The notes beneath the pieces are model-generated. The model saw only the letters and a program-made list of their open reading frames with translations. It was not told the DNA's origin and did no database searches. The translations under genes were made by a program, and so were the position numbers. From an uncultured delta proteobacterium (GTDB lineage Bacteria > Desulfobacterota > Binatia > Binatales > Binataceae), in contig CAVRVY010000002.1 in the NCBI GenBank assembly GCA_963724765.1, positions 256,001 through 320,000 of the forward strand: 64,000 nucleotides of DNA, read 5' to 3'. Position 1 is the stretch's first letter. Each line of letters begins with the position of its first letter. This document shows, piece after piece, positions 1 through 9,755 of this stretch.

Positions 1-142
1 GAATGCCGCGCGCCGCAGCGGCCTCGATTCCCTCGGCGACCACTCCAGGTTCGGCCACCACCACGCCGACCAGGTCGGCGCCGGCCTCTGCAGTCGCTAT
101 CGCGTCGGCGATCGAGGTCATGCTGTAAATTTGAATGATCAT
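1..142 (-). CDS. N-terminal part of a phosphoribosylanthranilate isomerase (TrpF)-like TIM-barrel protein, running off the window edge
   Basis: Manual translation from ATG 142: MIIQIYSMTSIADAIATAEAGADLVGVVVAEPG..., resembling the TrpF N-terminus (xKICG.T..DA..A...GAD.lG.V). Confidence 0.55.
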   Translation of the reverse strand, partial: MIIQIYSMTSIADAIATAEAGADLVGVVVAEPGVVAEGIEAAAARGI

Positions 143-171
143 TTTTTCACCCGCCCTGGAAAAATCTCGCT

Positions 172-1956
172 CTACAGTGGACGGACGATCTGGCGCTCGA
201 ACGCCTCGGCCATCGCGGCCAGCGTGTCGGCCTCCGCAGCCGTTTTGTCGTCGCGGATGCGCACGATGCGCGCAAAGCGCAGCGCCATACCGCTCTCGTA
301 CTGCGGGCTGCGCTGAATATCGCTGTAGGCGACCTCGACCACGACTTCGGGCCGCACGAACACGGTGGCGCGCGTCTCGTCGGCCTTGAGCGCGAGCAAC
401 CGCGCCGTCATCTGCTCGAATTGATCGTCGGTCAGCCCCTTGAAAGTCTTGCCGACCTCGACGAAGCCGCCGCGTTCCGGATCGCGCGCCGCCAGATGAT
501 AGTTCGAGAGCCATCCGTGGCGCCGCCCATAGCCCCAGTCGGCGGCGATGATCACGAGGTCGAGCGTGTGCGCGTGTTTGACTTTGAGCCATCCTCGGCC
601 GCGTACGCCGGGCGTGTAGCGGCTCGCGAGCGCCTTGGCCATCACGCCCTCATAACCCGCGGCGACCGCGGCCGCATAGAAGCGCTCGGCCTCTTCCAGA
701 GCGGCCGGCACGATTCGGTCGGCGAGCCCCAGGCCGGCGTCGCCGGCGAGCCGGGCTAGTTCGCCGTAGCGCTCCTGGTATGGCCGATCGATCCACAGAT
801 TACCATCGAGCGCGAGCAGATCGAACACGAATAGCCGTACCGGCTGCTCGACGCGCAGTCGCTCGACTTCGCGCACGCGCCCGAACCGTCGCATCACCTC
901 CTGGAAGGCGAGCGGCCGGCCGGCCGGGTCGACGGCGATCACTTCGCCGTCGAGGATGGCGTGGCGGTCGCCGATGCGCGATGCTGCCTCGGCGACCTCG
1001 GGCAGGCTGGGCGTGATCTCGTTTAAGCGGCGCGAGAAGATTCGCACGCCGCCGGGCGCGTGATGGATTTGCACGCGCGCGCCGTCGATCTTGTGCTCGA
1101 GAGCGAAGCGCGGGCCGAGAATCGCGAAGGCGTCGGCGACCGCGCGCGCCGGCTGCGCAAGCATCGGGCGCAGCGCGCGCGCGTGCGCGACGCTGTTGGC
1201 GGCGGCGGGCGCGAATGCGCGCGCCGCCGCCAACGCTTCGTCAGCCGCGCGATCGCCGGGGCGGGCGGCTTCGCCGTCCGCCCCGGCGACGCTTTCCGCT
1301 GCGGCGCCGGCCTTTGCCCCGGCGCCGCGCGCGGCGACGTTGGGCGGCTGGCGCAGTCCCTGCGCCAGCCGCCCAACGTCGCCCTCCAGCATGTGCATCC
1401 GGCGCACTTCGTCCACCGGACGCCCGCCCATCCTGGCCAGCGCTTCCAGCATCAGGCCCTCGCTCATCCCGTGGCGCATCTCGCCGATCAGCACCTTGGC
1501 CGCGTACTTCGCCTCAAGCGGGGTCATCCGCGCGAACAGATCGCTGAGCCCCTCGAGCTTGCGCCGCCGCGCGCCGCGTCCCTCGACGTCCGCGATCTCC
1601 TCGAAGGCGCGGCTGACCTCGGCGAGCGTGAGCGTCGGCGCGGGCTCGTCGCGCCGCAGCCGCATCACCATCTCGATCGCTTCGCCGAAGTCGGAGGCGG
1701 CAGTGAAGATATCTTCGCCCTGGTCCTCGCCACCGCCGAGCGCGGCGGCGATTTTCCACACTGCGCGGCCGCTCACGTGCAGGCGCGGTTCGCCGCCCTG
1801 CTCGAGTGCGCGGCCGACCATGAAGCGCGCGGCGATTGCGGCCTCCGCGGGCGCGAGGCGGGCGAGAAAGTCGGCGGCGAGCGCGGCTATCTGGAGGCGG
1901 CTATGGGTCTGGCTGAGCGACTGGCAGACCTCGGCGAAATCGAAGAAGGAACCCAC
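172..1956 (-). CDS. lig: ATP-dependent DNA ligase
   Basis: Motif I EHKIDGARVQ, LDGEV, FDLL, EGVMAK, WLKVK, OB-fold LRFARIVRIRDDK; N-terminal DNA-binding domain. Confidence 0.95.
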   Translation of the reverse strand: MGSFFDFAEVCQSLSQTHSRLQIAALAADFLARLAPAEAAIAARFMVGRALEQGGEPRLHVSGRAVWKIAAALGGGEDQGEDIFTAASDFGEAIEMVMRLRRDEPAPTLTLAEVSRAFEEIADVEGRGARRRKLEGLSDLFARMTPLEAKYAAKVLIGEMRHGMSEGLMLEALARMGGRPVDEVRRMHMLEGDVGRLAQGLRQPPNVAARGAGAKAGAAAESVAGADGEAARPGDRAADEALAAARAFAPAAANSVAHARALRPMLAQPARAVADAFAILGPRFALEHKIDGARVQIHHAPGGVRIFSRRLNEITPSLPEVAEAASRIGDRHAILDGEVIAVDPAGRPLAFQEVMRRFGRVREVERLRVEQPVRLFVFDLLALDGNLWIDRPYQERYGELARLAGDAGLGLADRIVPAALEEAERFYAAAVAAGYEGVMAKALASRYTPGVRGRGWLKVKHAHTLDLVIIAADWGYGRRHGWLSNYHLAARDPERGGFVEVGKTFKGLTDDQFEQMTARLLALKADETRATVFVRPEVVVEVAYSDIQRSPQYESGMALRFARIVRIRDDKTAAEADTLAAMAEAFERQIVRPL

Positions 1957-2019
1957 GATTGCAGATTAGACTCGCCCACCCGCGCCCAGCGCAAGAGTCT
2001 TTTTCACTAACACTCGCTC

Positions 2020-2041
2020 CGCCGCTCCGAGGTCGCGGCTG
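2020..2041. repeat. Dispersed 22-bp intergenic repeat CGCCGCTCCGAGGTCGCGGCTG (copy 1; others at 19857-19878 and a variant at 19104-19125)
   Basis: Exact 22-bp match seen at 2020 and 19857; the 19104 copy has 2 mismatches. Confidence 0.75.
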
Positions 2042-2123
2042 GCTGCGTTGGAGTGGCGTCATCGCTGTGGCCTTGCGTTACTGTTGGCGAGGCCTCAAGC
2101 GACAGGCTGGTGGCAGCTTCATG

Positions 2124-2945
2124 CTACTCCCGCGGGTGCATCGGATGCGCTTCAAGAAAGGGCAGCAGCGCGGCCACGAACGCCTCGCGTTCCTGGTTGA
2201 AGAACATATGGCTCGCGTTGGGGACGAGCTTGAGCTGCGCGCCGGGGATGCGCTCGGCGATGATCTCGGAGTTGCGCGCCGGCAACAGGGCGTCGTCGGC
2301 GCCGGTGATGACGAGCGTCGGCGCCTTGATTTCCGGCAGGCGATCGTAGGTGTTGAACTTGAAGGTCGCGGCGAGCTGGCGCTTGTAAGCGTGGGCCGGC
2401 GTGGGATGGGTGAGCACGCGGACGATCGCCTGCTCGAGTTCGGCGCGATGGCTTTGGAGGTAGGCCGCGGTGTAGTTGAGCGGCCACGCGCGGCGGATGA
2501 GGTCGGCGTCGGAGAGGCCGTCGCGCGGCCCGATCAGGATCGCCATCGCCGCGGGCGGCGCCGCCACCGCATTCCGTCCGCCCGCCGTGGTGCATCCGAG
2601 CGTCAGCGTCTGCACGCGCGCCGGATAGTGCAGCGCGAACTCCTGCGCGATCATCCCGCCCATCGAAACGCCGAAGATGTGGGCGCGTTCGATGCCGAGC
2701 GCGTCGAGCAGCGCGGCGGCGTCGGCGGCGAGGCCGTCGATCGAGTACACCTCGTCCGGCTGGTCGCTGCGCCCGGTCCCGCGATTATCGTACACGATGG
2801 TGCGCAACGATCGCGCAAGCCCGGCCACCAGCGCCGGCTCCCACGCCAGCGCGCTGCCGCCGAGCCCCATGATCATCAGCAGCGGATCGCCGTCGCCGTG
2901 GCTTTCATAATAGAGGTTGACGTCGCGGAGGCTGACGGTGGGCAT
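2124..2945 (-). CDS. Alpha/beta fold hydrolase
   Basis: DNRGTGRS, nucleophile elbow GVSMGG, Asp in GADDAL, His in ASHMFF. Confidence 0.93.
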   Translation of the reverse strand: MPTVSLRDVNLYYESHGDGDPLLMIMGLGGSALAWEPALVAGLARSLRTIVYDNRGTGRSDQPDEVYSIDGLAADAAALLDALGIERAHIFGVSMGGMIAQEFALHYPARVQTLTLGCTTAGGRNAVAAPPAAMAILIGPRDGLSDADLIRRAWPLNYTAAYLQSHRAELEQAIVRVLTHPTPAHAYKRQLAATFKFNTYDRLPEIKAPTLVITGADDALLPARNSEIIAERIPGAQLKLVPNASHMFFNQEREAFVAALLPFLEAHPMHPRE

Positions 2946-2968
2946 CGCTTTCTCTCGCTTGCGCGCGC

Positions 2969-4285
2969 TCAGGCCGTAGCGGTACGGGCCGGCGCCGGCG
3001 CGGTGACCGGCGCGCTCTCGGCCTCGGGTTTGCGAAAGCGCATGATCAACTCGCTCTTGAGGATGTAGGCGGTCTCTTCATAGATGAAGCCGTGGCGCTC
3101 GAGGATCTCGGCCAGGCGCACGCGGGTATAGTGCGTGATGTGCTCGTCCTTGTAGCCGCCGGGCTGCAGCAGGCCGTAGAGCGGCTCGATCGTGCGCCAT
3201 CCGACGGTGTCGTAGTCGGGCGTGCCGATCACCAGCATCCCGCCTGGCCGCAGCACGCGCTTCATCTCGGTGAACAGCACTTCGTCGTACGGTATGTGCT
3301 CGATCACCTGCGAGCTGATCACACAATCGAAGCTCTGGTCGCGAAACGGCAGCGCGAAAGCCGACCCGCGCACCAGTGGAATCCCGTAGCGCCGCAGAAA
3401 CCTCACCTTGTGCGCGCTGTAGTCCATCCCGACCGCGTTGTTGAGGCTCTGGATGATGATGCTCGAGCCGCAGCCAGCGTCCAGGATGCGCCCGGCGTTG
3501 CGCGTCCACGAGACCGTGATCGCGTGGCGGCGGCGCTGCCAGTAGCGCTGCAGCGGGATGACGCTGTAGAACGCGCGCTCGTCGTAGTCGGCCGACGCGA
3601 TCGAGTTGCGCAGCCGCCACAGGCTTATCGACGCGCGCAGGATGTCGATCCCGAAGCGCAGCATCCGTGCGTGCGAGCGCCCGGCCTCGCGCGGGAAATA
3701 AGTGAAGGGAACTTCGGCCACGCTAAAGCCCTGGGCCCAGGACTTGACCAGGATTTCCTCCTGGACTTCGAAGTTGCGGCTGGTGAGTTCGAGATTTTCG
3801 ACCGCCGCGCGCCGGTAGAGCCGAAAGCCGCTGGACAGATCGCCGATCGGCACGCTCAGCAGCCGGCGCAGAAACCCATTGAGTACGTAACTCGAAAAGC
3901 GCCGGCTGAGATCGGTGTAGGCGACCCCGCCGCGGACGTAGCGCGAGGCGATTACGATGTCGGCGCGCTCGCGCGCCCGCCACATCTTGGCCACGAAGGC
4001 CGGGTCGTGCGACATGTCGGCGTCCAGCGTCAACAGATACTCGCCGCGCGCTTCGGCGAAACCGGTGGTCAGCGCCCCGGCGTAGCCGCGCCGCCGTTCG
4101 GGCACCACGCGCGCGCCCAACTCGGCGGCGGTCTCGCGAGTGCCGTCGATCGAGCCGCCGTCGACGACGATGATTTCGTACTTGAGATGAAACAGTTCGG
4201 CGATTTCGCCCAGGCGGGGAATCAGCGCGCGCAGGTTATCGCGCTCGTTCATCACCGGCAGAATCACCGATAGATCGATAGCCAT
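2969..4285 (-). CDS. GT2 (DPM1-like polyprenol-phosphate sugar transferase) fused to a class I SAM methyltransferase
   Basis: LSVILPVMNE, VVDGGSIDGT, LDADMSHDP, SGFRLYRR; C-terminal ILDAGCG, SFDCVISSQVIEH. Start set at MAIDLSV. Confidence 0.9.
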   Translation of the reverse strand: MAIDLSVILPVMNERDNLRALIPRLGEIAELFHLKYEIIVVDGGSIDGTRETAAELGARVVPERRRGYAGALTTGFAEARGEYLLTLDADMSHDPAFVAKMWRARERADIVIASRYVRGGVAYTDLSRRFSSYVLNGFLRRLLSVPIGDLSSGFRLYRRAAVENLELTSRNFEVQEEILVKSWAQGFSVAEVPFTYFPREAGRSHARMLRFGIDILRASISLWRLRNSIASADYDERAFYSVIPLQRYWQRRRHAITVSWTRNAGRILDAGCGSSIIIQSLNNAVGMDYSAHKVRFLRRYGIPLVRGSAFALPFRDQSFDCVISSQVIEHIPYDEVLFTEMKRVLRPGGMLVIGTPDYDTVGWRTIEPLYGLLQPGGYKDEHITHYTRVRLAEILERHGFIYEETAYILKSELIMRFRKPEAESAPVTAPAPARTATA

Positions 4286-4410
4286 GGCACAATCCAATAG
4301 TCGGAATCGGTGGCGAATGGAACCATCCACCGCCAGCGAAAAGCGCCGTTTGCCTTGATTATCAAGCGCGTCACGCCGTAGTTTTAAGTACGCGGAGGCG
4401 GCGGCAGTCG

Positions 4411-5658
4411 ATGGACGTGCGGGGTAATTTTCGATTCAGCTTAGCGATCGTTGCGATGGTGATGGCGGCGGCGATGCTCGCGCTTGGTGCATCGCCAGCG
4501 GCCGCGGCGGCGCGGCGCGCCCGGCATGCGGCGGCTGCGGAGCCCTCGGTACCGCTCGATCAGATCCACGTGCTCGGCGATCGGCCGGCGCCATTCGGGC
4601 TAAACGCCAAGGCCGCGATGATGATCGACGCGCGCTCGGGCGCGACCCTCTACGCCTACAACGAGCACGTCAAGATCCAGCCCGCCAGCCTGGCCAAGCT
4701 GATGACCTTCTACCTGACGCTCAAGGCCTTGCATCAGGGGCGCATCACGACCGACACGATGGTGACGGTGAGCGAGCAGGCGTGGCGGCTCTCGATGAAC
4801 AGCACGGTGTCGCGGATGTTCCTGCAGGTCGGACAGCACGTCTCGGTTCACGATCTGCTGTTCGGCCTGATGGTCTCGTCGGGCAACGACGCCGCGGTCG
4901 CGCTGGCCGAATACCTGGGCGGCTCGAGCCAGGCGTTCGCCGATCAGATGAATCAGCAGGCCAAGGAATTGGGGCTTGACGAGACGCACTTCGAGAATCC
5001 CGACGGCCTGCCGGTGCCCGAGATGTACACCACCGCGTTCGACATGGTGAAACTCGGCCGCGCGATCACCCAGCGCTTTCCCGACGCTATCACCTACACC
5101 TCGGCCAAGGATTTCACCTTCGACAAGATCCATCAGCCCAATTTCAACTCGCTGCTGTTCTACGACGCGCGGGTCAACGGGCTTAAGACTGGCCACGTCG
5201 AGGAGGCCGGCTACCATCTGGTCGCCAGCGCCCACTCGGGTGGGATGGACCTGATCTCGGCCGTGCTCGGGACGCCGTCGTCCGCGGCCCGGCGGGTCGA
5301 GACCGAGAAGCTGATCGATTGGGCCTTCCGCACTTTCGCGAGCGTGCAGCCTGACTGGCATAAGACGCTGCCCGACAAGATGCGCGTGTACGGCGGCGCC
5401 GCCGACACGGTCGCGGTGGCGCCGGCCGAGGTCCCGTTCGTCACCGTCGAGCACGGGCAGGAGGGCAAGGTGACGCTCGCAGGGTCGCTCAGCGAGAAAT
5501 ATCTTGTCGCGCCGGTAAGCAAGGGACAGCAGGTGGGGACGCTGACACTGATGGTGGACGGCAAGCCGCAGTCGACGATTCCGATGCTGACGAAGACGGC
5601 GGTCGGAAGCGGCGGATTGCTCAAGCGGATGGTCGATCGATTGCGGATGCGGTTGTAG
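4411..5658 (+). CDS. dacA: D-alanyl-D-alanine carboxypeptidase (peptidase S11, PBP5-like)
   Basis: SLAK (SxxK), SGN (SxN), KTG triad; signal peptide; PBP5 C-terminal domain. Confidence 0.93.
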   Translation: MDVRGNFRFSLAIVAMVMAAAMLALGASPAAAAARRARHAAAAEPSVPLDQIHVLGDRPAPFGLNAKAAMMIDARSGATLYAYNEHVKIQPASLAKLMTFYLTLKALHQGRITTDTMVTVSEQAWRLSMNSTVSRMFLQVGQHVSVHDLLFGLMVSSGNDAAVALAEYLGGSSQAFADQMNQQAKELGLDETHFENPDGLPVPEMYTTAFDMVKLGRAITQRFPDAITYTSAKDFTFDKIHQPNFNSLLFYDARVNGLKTGHVEEAGYHLVASAHSGGMDLISAVLGTPSSAARRVETEKLIDWAFRTFASVQPDWHKTLPDKMRVYGGAADTVAVAPAEVPFVTVEHGQEGKVTLAGSLSEKYLVAPVSKGQQVGTLTLMVDGKPQSTIPMLTKTAVGSGGLLKRMVDRLRMRL

Positions 5659-5808
5659 GAGAGGAGCGGCGCCACGCTCCTGATTTGCGGGAGCGAGGTT
5701 GTTTCTTCGCTCATCCTGAGAGTTTGTGAATTTGGCGATTATCCGATTGTTGACAGAAAGTACGATTACGTCCAAAATCGGGATCGACGTGACAGACCGC
5801 AAGTATTC

Positions 5809-6585
5809 CTAATTCTGTATGTAGTATTTCTGATACTCGTCGGTCAGATTGTGGGCGGTACAGGAACCAGCGCGGTAAGTGCGATTAGCTACAAAACCTT
5901 GCCAGCCGCAAAAGCTTACCCAATGAGACTGCTTGAACACGTCATAATACACAGCGATGCCGTGGACCATAAGCCACGCTTTGCCAGAGTCGAGAGAATC
6001 CTTTTGGACTTTTGTCAGTGGGGCGACGCTAGTTACCTCCATCGGATATGCGACGGCATTGGGCGTTACCTCACCCGCAAAAACTCTGGACACATTAGGC
6101 ATTCCCAACTCAGGATCGTCGAGTTTGAGCTTAAACGCTGGAGTGTCGTTTTCTTTGACTACATCAATAGTGGCTCTACAGGTCACAAAAAATGCTGGCG
6201 TCTTTCCGGTATTGGCAATCTTTACTTGAGCCGACATCTGCTTTCCGATGATGAGGTCTTTTTGGCTTACGCTGGTAAGAGTTGTGGTCAACCAGGCTCT
6301 CTCATCTTGGCGCATAACATCCAACTGCCCGTTCAAGAGAATGAATTGATAAATGGCGGTGGCGAAGAGGCCAGCGGTAAAGAGGGCCAAAAGCCAATCA
6401 GTAGCGCTGCTTTGTTTGAAAAATTCCCACAATCTCACCCATTGGTTATCTGTGTCGTGAACATCGCTGTTGTGTGCCTCGGATTTGGCGTCGCCTTTTT
6501 TATCCGAGAGCAGAGTCTGGGCGGTATCATTTTGTGTCTCTTGTTTGCTGTTTGCTGCTTCGCGGTCGTCTTTGTCCTTGCTCAT
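5809..6585 (-). CDS. IS passenger: single-TM hypothetical protein (TM, then ERAW...N.GKTPA...Y.DVF...FC)
   Basis: ORF track; lies inside the TIRs; shares motifs with 25518-26369. Confidence 0.75.
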   Translation of the reverse strand: MSKDKDDREAANSKQETQNDTAQTLLSDKKGDAKSEAHNSDVHDTDNQWVRLWEFFKQSSATDWLLALFTAGLFATAIYQFILLNGQLDVMRQDERAWLTTTLTSVSQKDLIIGKQMSAQVKIANTGKTPAFFVTCRATIDVVKENDTPAFKLKLDDPELGMPNVSRVFAGEVTPNAVAYPMEVTSVAPLTKVQKDSLDSGKAWLMVHGIAVYYDVFKQSHWVSFCGWQGFVANRTYRAGSCTAHNLTDEYQKYYIQN

Positions 6586-6736
6586 GTTTCTCTGGCTTCA
6601 CCTTTAGCAGTGCCTTGGCAATTTTCGATGCAAGCGAATGCGTCGTATGTTCATTCTTCTTGTCAGCCATGACATTGGCCTCACAGATTGAAAATGAAGT
6701 TGTTCCGGCCTACGCGCCGGTCCGCCGCTGGCCTCA

Positions 6737-7309
6737 TCAAGCCGCTGAGCACGACGCCAACTTTTCGTGCTCAGCGCCCTTACGGGAGATCGCGCCGATA
6801 ACTGCGGTTTTATCGGACGGGCCACGCCCGCGTTGCTCTTTGCGCTTGTTCCAGTGGCGATTGCGATTGAGGCCACCAACATAAGTTTCGTCCACTTCGA
6901 CAATGCCCATCAATTGCGCGAACTCATCGTTGTTCATCGCGGCGCGGATGCGAGTGCACATATACCAGACGGTTTCGTAGCTCGCCTTGCCGTGAAAGAC
7001 CATACGCTTGATCTGAAGCGCGCTCATTCCCTTTTTGGAATGGAGCATCATGAACGCGACTGTGAACCAAGTCTTGAGCGGGTACTTTGTATTCTCGAAA
7101 ACGGTTCCCGTAATCAGCGAGAACCGGTAGCCCTTCTTTGCGCATTGATGGCACTGCCAGTGCCAAGGCCGATGCGTCAGCTTGTAAACCTTGTCGCTGC
7201 CGCAACGCGGGCAAGCGACTTTGCTTTCCGGCCAGCGGTGCTCAAAAAGGAACTGTTTGCAGGCTTCTTCGGTCGGGAAAAGGACGTTGAGTTCGCTCAG
7301 CTTGATCAT
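6737..7309 (-). pseudogene. C-terminally truncated IS1595 transposase
   Basis: Zn ribbon CPRC...CHQC and VEVDETY present; breaks after AVIGAISRKG, where the intact homolog at 23511 continues NVVCKII; second Asp and Glu absent. Confidence 0.88.
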
Positions 7310-7403
7310 CCATGAGAAATAACAATGCCAAGGGTCACTGTCGACAATCGGATAATCGCCAATTTGAGCCATGCGGGTCCGCTTCTTCGATAGAGCTCTT
7401 TTG

Positions 7404-7463
7404 TTCGGTCATCCTGAACGAAGGTTACCGAAGTGAATGATGACGCGGAGCGATTTTTGTGCT
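7404..7463. repeat. ~60-bp REP-like repeat TTCGGTCATCCTGA(A/G)CGAAGGTT...GACGCGGAGCGATTTTTGTGCT (copy 1)
   Basis: Near-identical copy at 12434-12494; fragment at 5703-5720. Confidence 0.8.
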
Positions 7464-7541
7464 TTTCGCCACCCGCAAATAATGCGCGTGAGGCCTTAGA
7501 AATAGAGCACAAATAATGCGCGCGAGGGTCGGGGGCCGTTC

Positions 7542-8792
7542 TCAGTAGGCGAAAAACGGCCCCACGCCGGCGCCGGAGGTGGTCTGTCCGTCGATTCCCG
7601 TGTAGACGTTGCGCCCGAAGAAAAACGGCAGACCGAAGTCGAAAAAGTCGCCGCCATAGGTTCCCGCCACGTCGTAGAAGGCCTTGTTGCCGGTGTCTGC
7701 CAGCGCAAGTGCGTTAGCCACGCTGATTGAAACTTCCCCGCTAGCGCTGCCCAGCCGGCCGCTGTTTATCGCGCCGAGGACCAAAAGCCTTGACGGGCAG
7801 TAGAAGCCTGGCGCCAGCGACGGATCGCATTGCGGGATCGATTCGTTGTCGAAGAACAGCGCGTTGGATCCGCTGTCGAGGAAACCATCCATCGTGACGC
7901 TGTCGTAGGTGGTGCCGATATTGCCGGCGTCATCGGTCTTGTAGACAAATGCTCCAGCCAGTTGGTTGTTGGCGCGCGTGTTGATCCCGAGCACGAGCTT
8001 GCCCGAGACCAGGGTCGTACCGAGAAACGGAATCGTCGGCAGCTCGAGTACTACACCGTTGTTGTCGCCGGCGAGCAGCGGCACCGGATTCTGCACCTGT
8101 TTGGCGTCCGCCACCGGGGTGACGCCGCATCCGGCCCCCGAACACTGAAAATACATCGAGGGGTTCTGCGGCCCCAGCGTCGCGCAGACATCGCCGCAAT
8201 CGGCGCCGAACGGTCCCACGCCCAGGATTCCGTTGTAACCGATTTGCGCCGGGCTTTTGGCCACCGGCGGACCAGTCCTGCACACCGACGGCATTATCCC
8301 GTAATTCGGATTGATGATCTGAATCGGCAGCTTCGAGATAGCCGGCTCGCCGCCCAACTTCACGTCGGCGTACGCAACCCGGCCCCAGGTCGAGAGCGTA
8401 CCGAACGGCGCGCACTCCACGACCGGATTGCCGTTGGACGCGGTCTCCGTCGCCAGTTTCAAATGATTTACCTGACTGAAAATTCTCAGCCCGAACGAGC
8501 CGGTATCGACGAGTATGCCGCTGATAGTCTCGCAGGAGGTAGTGCCGCTTTCACAAATCGTCACACTGGTGAATGGACCGTTGAAGTAATTCCCATACAT
8601 CCCGGCCCATACGTTGGCTTTCATCACGTTGGGTGCAGCCGTGGGCGCCGCCGCCGGCACTGGCGACACCGCCGTTGGCACCCTCATCGCCACGCTTTCG
8701 TCCGCCAGGCCTTGGAAAGGACCGCACGCGGCGAATATCGCCAGCACCGTCATCAGTGCGGCGGCCAACTTGTACCCCTTCAGGCGCATCAT
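7542..8792 (-). CDS. DUF3443-family exported (lipo)protein with pepsin-like aspartic protease motifs
   Basis: LVDTGS, NGILGVG, QNPV, DNNG, FLDSGS, FDFGLPFFFGR; lipobox-like IFAAC; ATG overlaps the upstream stop (ATGA). Confidence 0.85.
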   Translation of the reverse strand: MMRLKGYKLAAALMTVLAIFAACGPFQGLADESVAMRVPTAVSPVPAAAPTAAPNVMKANVWAGMYGNYFNGPFTSVTICESGTTSCETISGILVDTGSFGLRIFSQVNHLKLATETASNGNPVVECAPFGTLSTWGRVAYADVKLGGEPAISKLPIQIINPNYGIMPSVCRTGPPVAKSPAQIGYNGILGVGPFGADCGDVCATLGPQNPSMYFQCSGAGCGVTPVADAKQVQNPVPLLAGDNNGVVLELPTIPFLGTTLVSGKLVLGINTRANNQLAGAFVYKTDDAGNIGTTYDSVTMDGFLDSGSNALFFDNESIPQCDPSLAPGFYCPSRLLVLGAINSGRLGSASGEVSISVANALALADTGNKAFYDVAGTYGGDFFDFGLPFFFGRNVYTGIDGQTTSGAGVGPFFAY

Positions 8793-9295
8793 CGTATCTC
8801 CGACTGCTCGACGCCACGCGGCAGCATCGCGGGCAGCAGGGCGCGTCCCCGCATGTCGCGCATATGGCCCGCCGTCTCGACCAGCACGTCGCTTCCGCGG
8901 ACCGACGCATGATGGAGTCCGTGCGCGGTTAACCCGCCCGTGTTGGCGGCGTCCTGGTATTGCGTGAAGTAGGGCCCGAGCAGAATCGACAGATCGGGCG
9001 GCCTGCGCCCGCGCCACGTCACCGCAAAGACCTTGCGGTCGGGGCCGACATATTCGTTGACGGCGATTCCGGACGCGGTCGTGATCTGCTCGACCGTGTA
9101 GGCCGTAAGCGCCGGTGCATTGAGGGCCGGATGGGCCACCGAAGTGGTAGCGCTGGCCGCAAATGAAGCGGCGTCGGCAGCTATCGAATCAGCGGTCTCG
9201 CCCAGGGCCGCGCTCGCGGTCGGCGGGGAGGCTACGACAAGGAGCAGCGCAAGTCCGATGAAAGCGGAAGTTGCGGTTTGTAGCGGTGCGCTCAA
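8789..9295 (-). CDS. DUF2844-family exported protein
   Basis: Signal peptide ending ...ASAALG; EYV...VFAVTWRG..PPDLSILLGPYF; ETAGHMR; paired with DUF3443. Confidence 0.85.
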   Translation of the reverse strand: MSAPLQTATSAFIGLALLLVVASPPTASAALGETADSIAADAASFAASATTSVAHPALNAPALTAYTVEQITTASGIAVNEYVGPDRKVFAVTWRGRRPPDLSILLGPYFTQYQDAANTGGLTAHGLHHASVRGSDVLVETAGHMRDMRGRALLPAMLPRGVEQSEIR

Positions 9296-9755
9296 AGCAA
9301 AGTTTCCTCACCAGAAAATATGTTACGCATGATTAGACAAGTCAATTTATTTTTACAGATGTTTATGCTACTCTGTGCTTGTGTGTTCTATTTTACGTGC
9401 TGTTTGGCGACGTTTGGCGGATTCGCGCTTGATCGCCGTCGAACTCAAATGATTAATGCGCAAAAGCCGAGCCAGCTCGCTGAGGGAGCTTTTTCCATTC
9501 TTCCCGTGGGGATTTGCGCTTCGGTGGGACTGTTGTTCACGGGCGTGGATAGCCTGGAAGGCAGTTAACACTACAATTGGTTAACCTGCGGCGACAGTCG
9601 GGCGTTTACGGAATCGGGCTCGCAAATGAGACGGCTGCGGTCGTTCGAGACAATACCCGATGTTATTCTGATCCGCGAAAACGCAGCTCATGGCGGTTAA
9701 CGAAAAGATGTAATCGTAAGCGCGTTTGAATGTGCTCAGCTAACTTGAACATTCG

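Larger units (their letters stand above)
5734..7360 (-). mobile_element. Non-autonomous IS1595-family derivative with a passenger gene
   Basis: TIRs GGCGATTATCCGATTGTTGACAG (5734) and CTGTCGACAATCGGATAATCGCC (ends 7360), 1 mismatch; flanking 5-bp direct repeat AATTT; lower GC interior. Confidence 0.85.

Noticed and set aside
1190-1350. Ala-rich insertion in DNA ligase as a possible intein or mobile insert
   Set aside because: No intein terminal motifs; looks like a low-complexity interdomain linker
8793-9017. N-terminal extension of DUF3443 in the ORF track
   Set aside because: Overlaps DUF2844; the signal peptide and ATGA coupling point to a start at 8792
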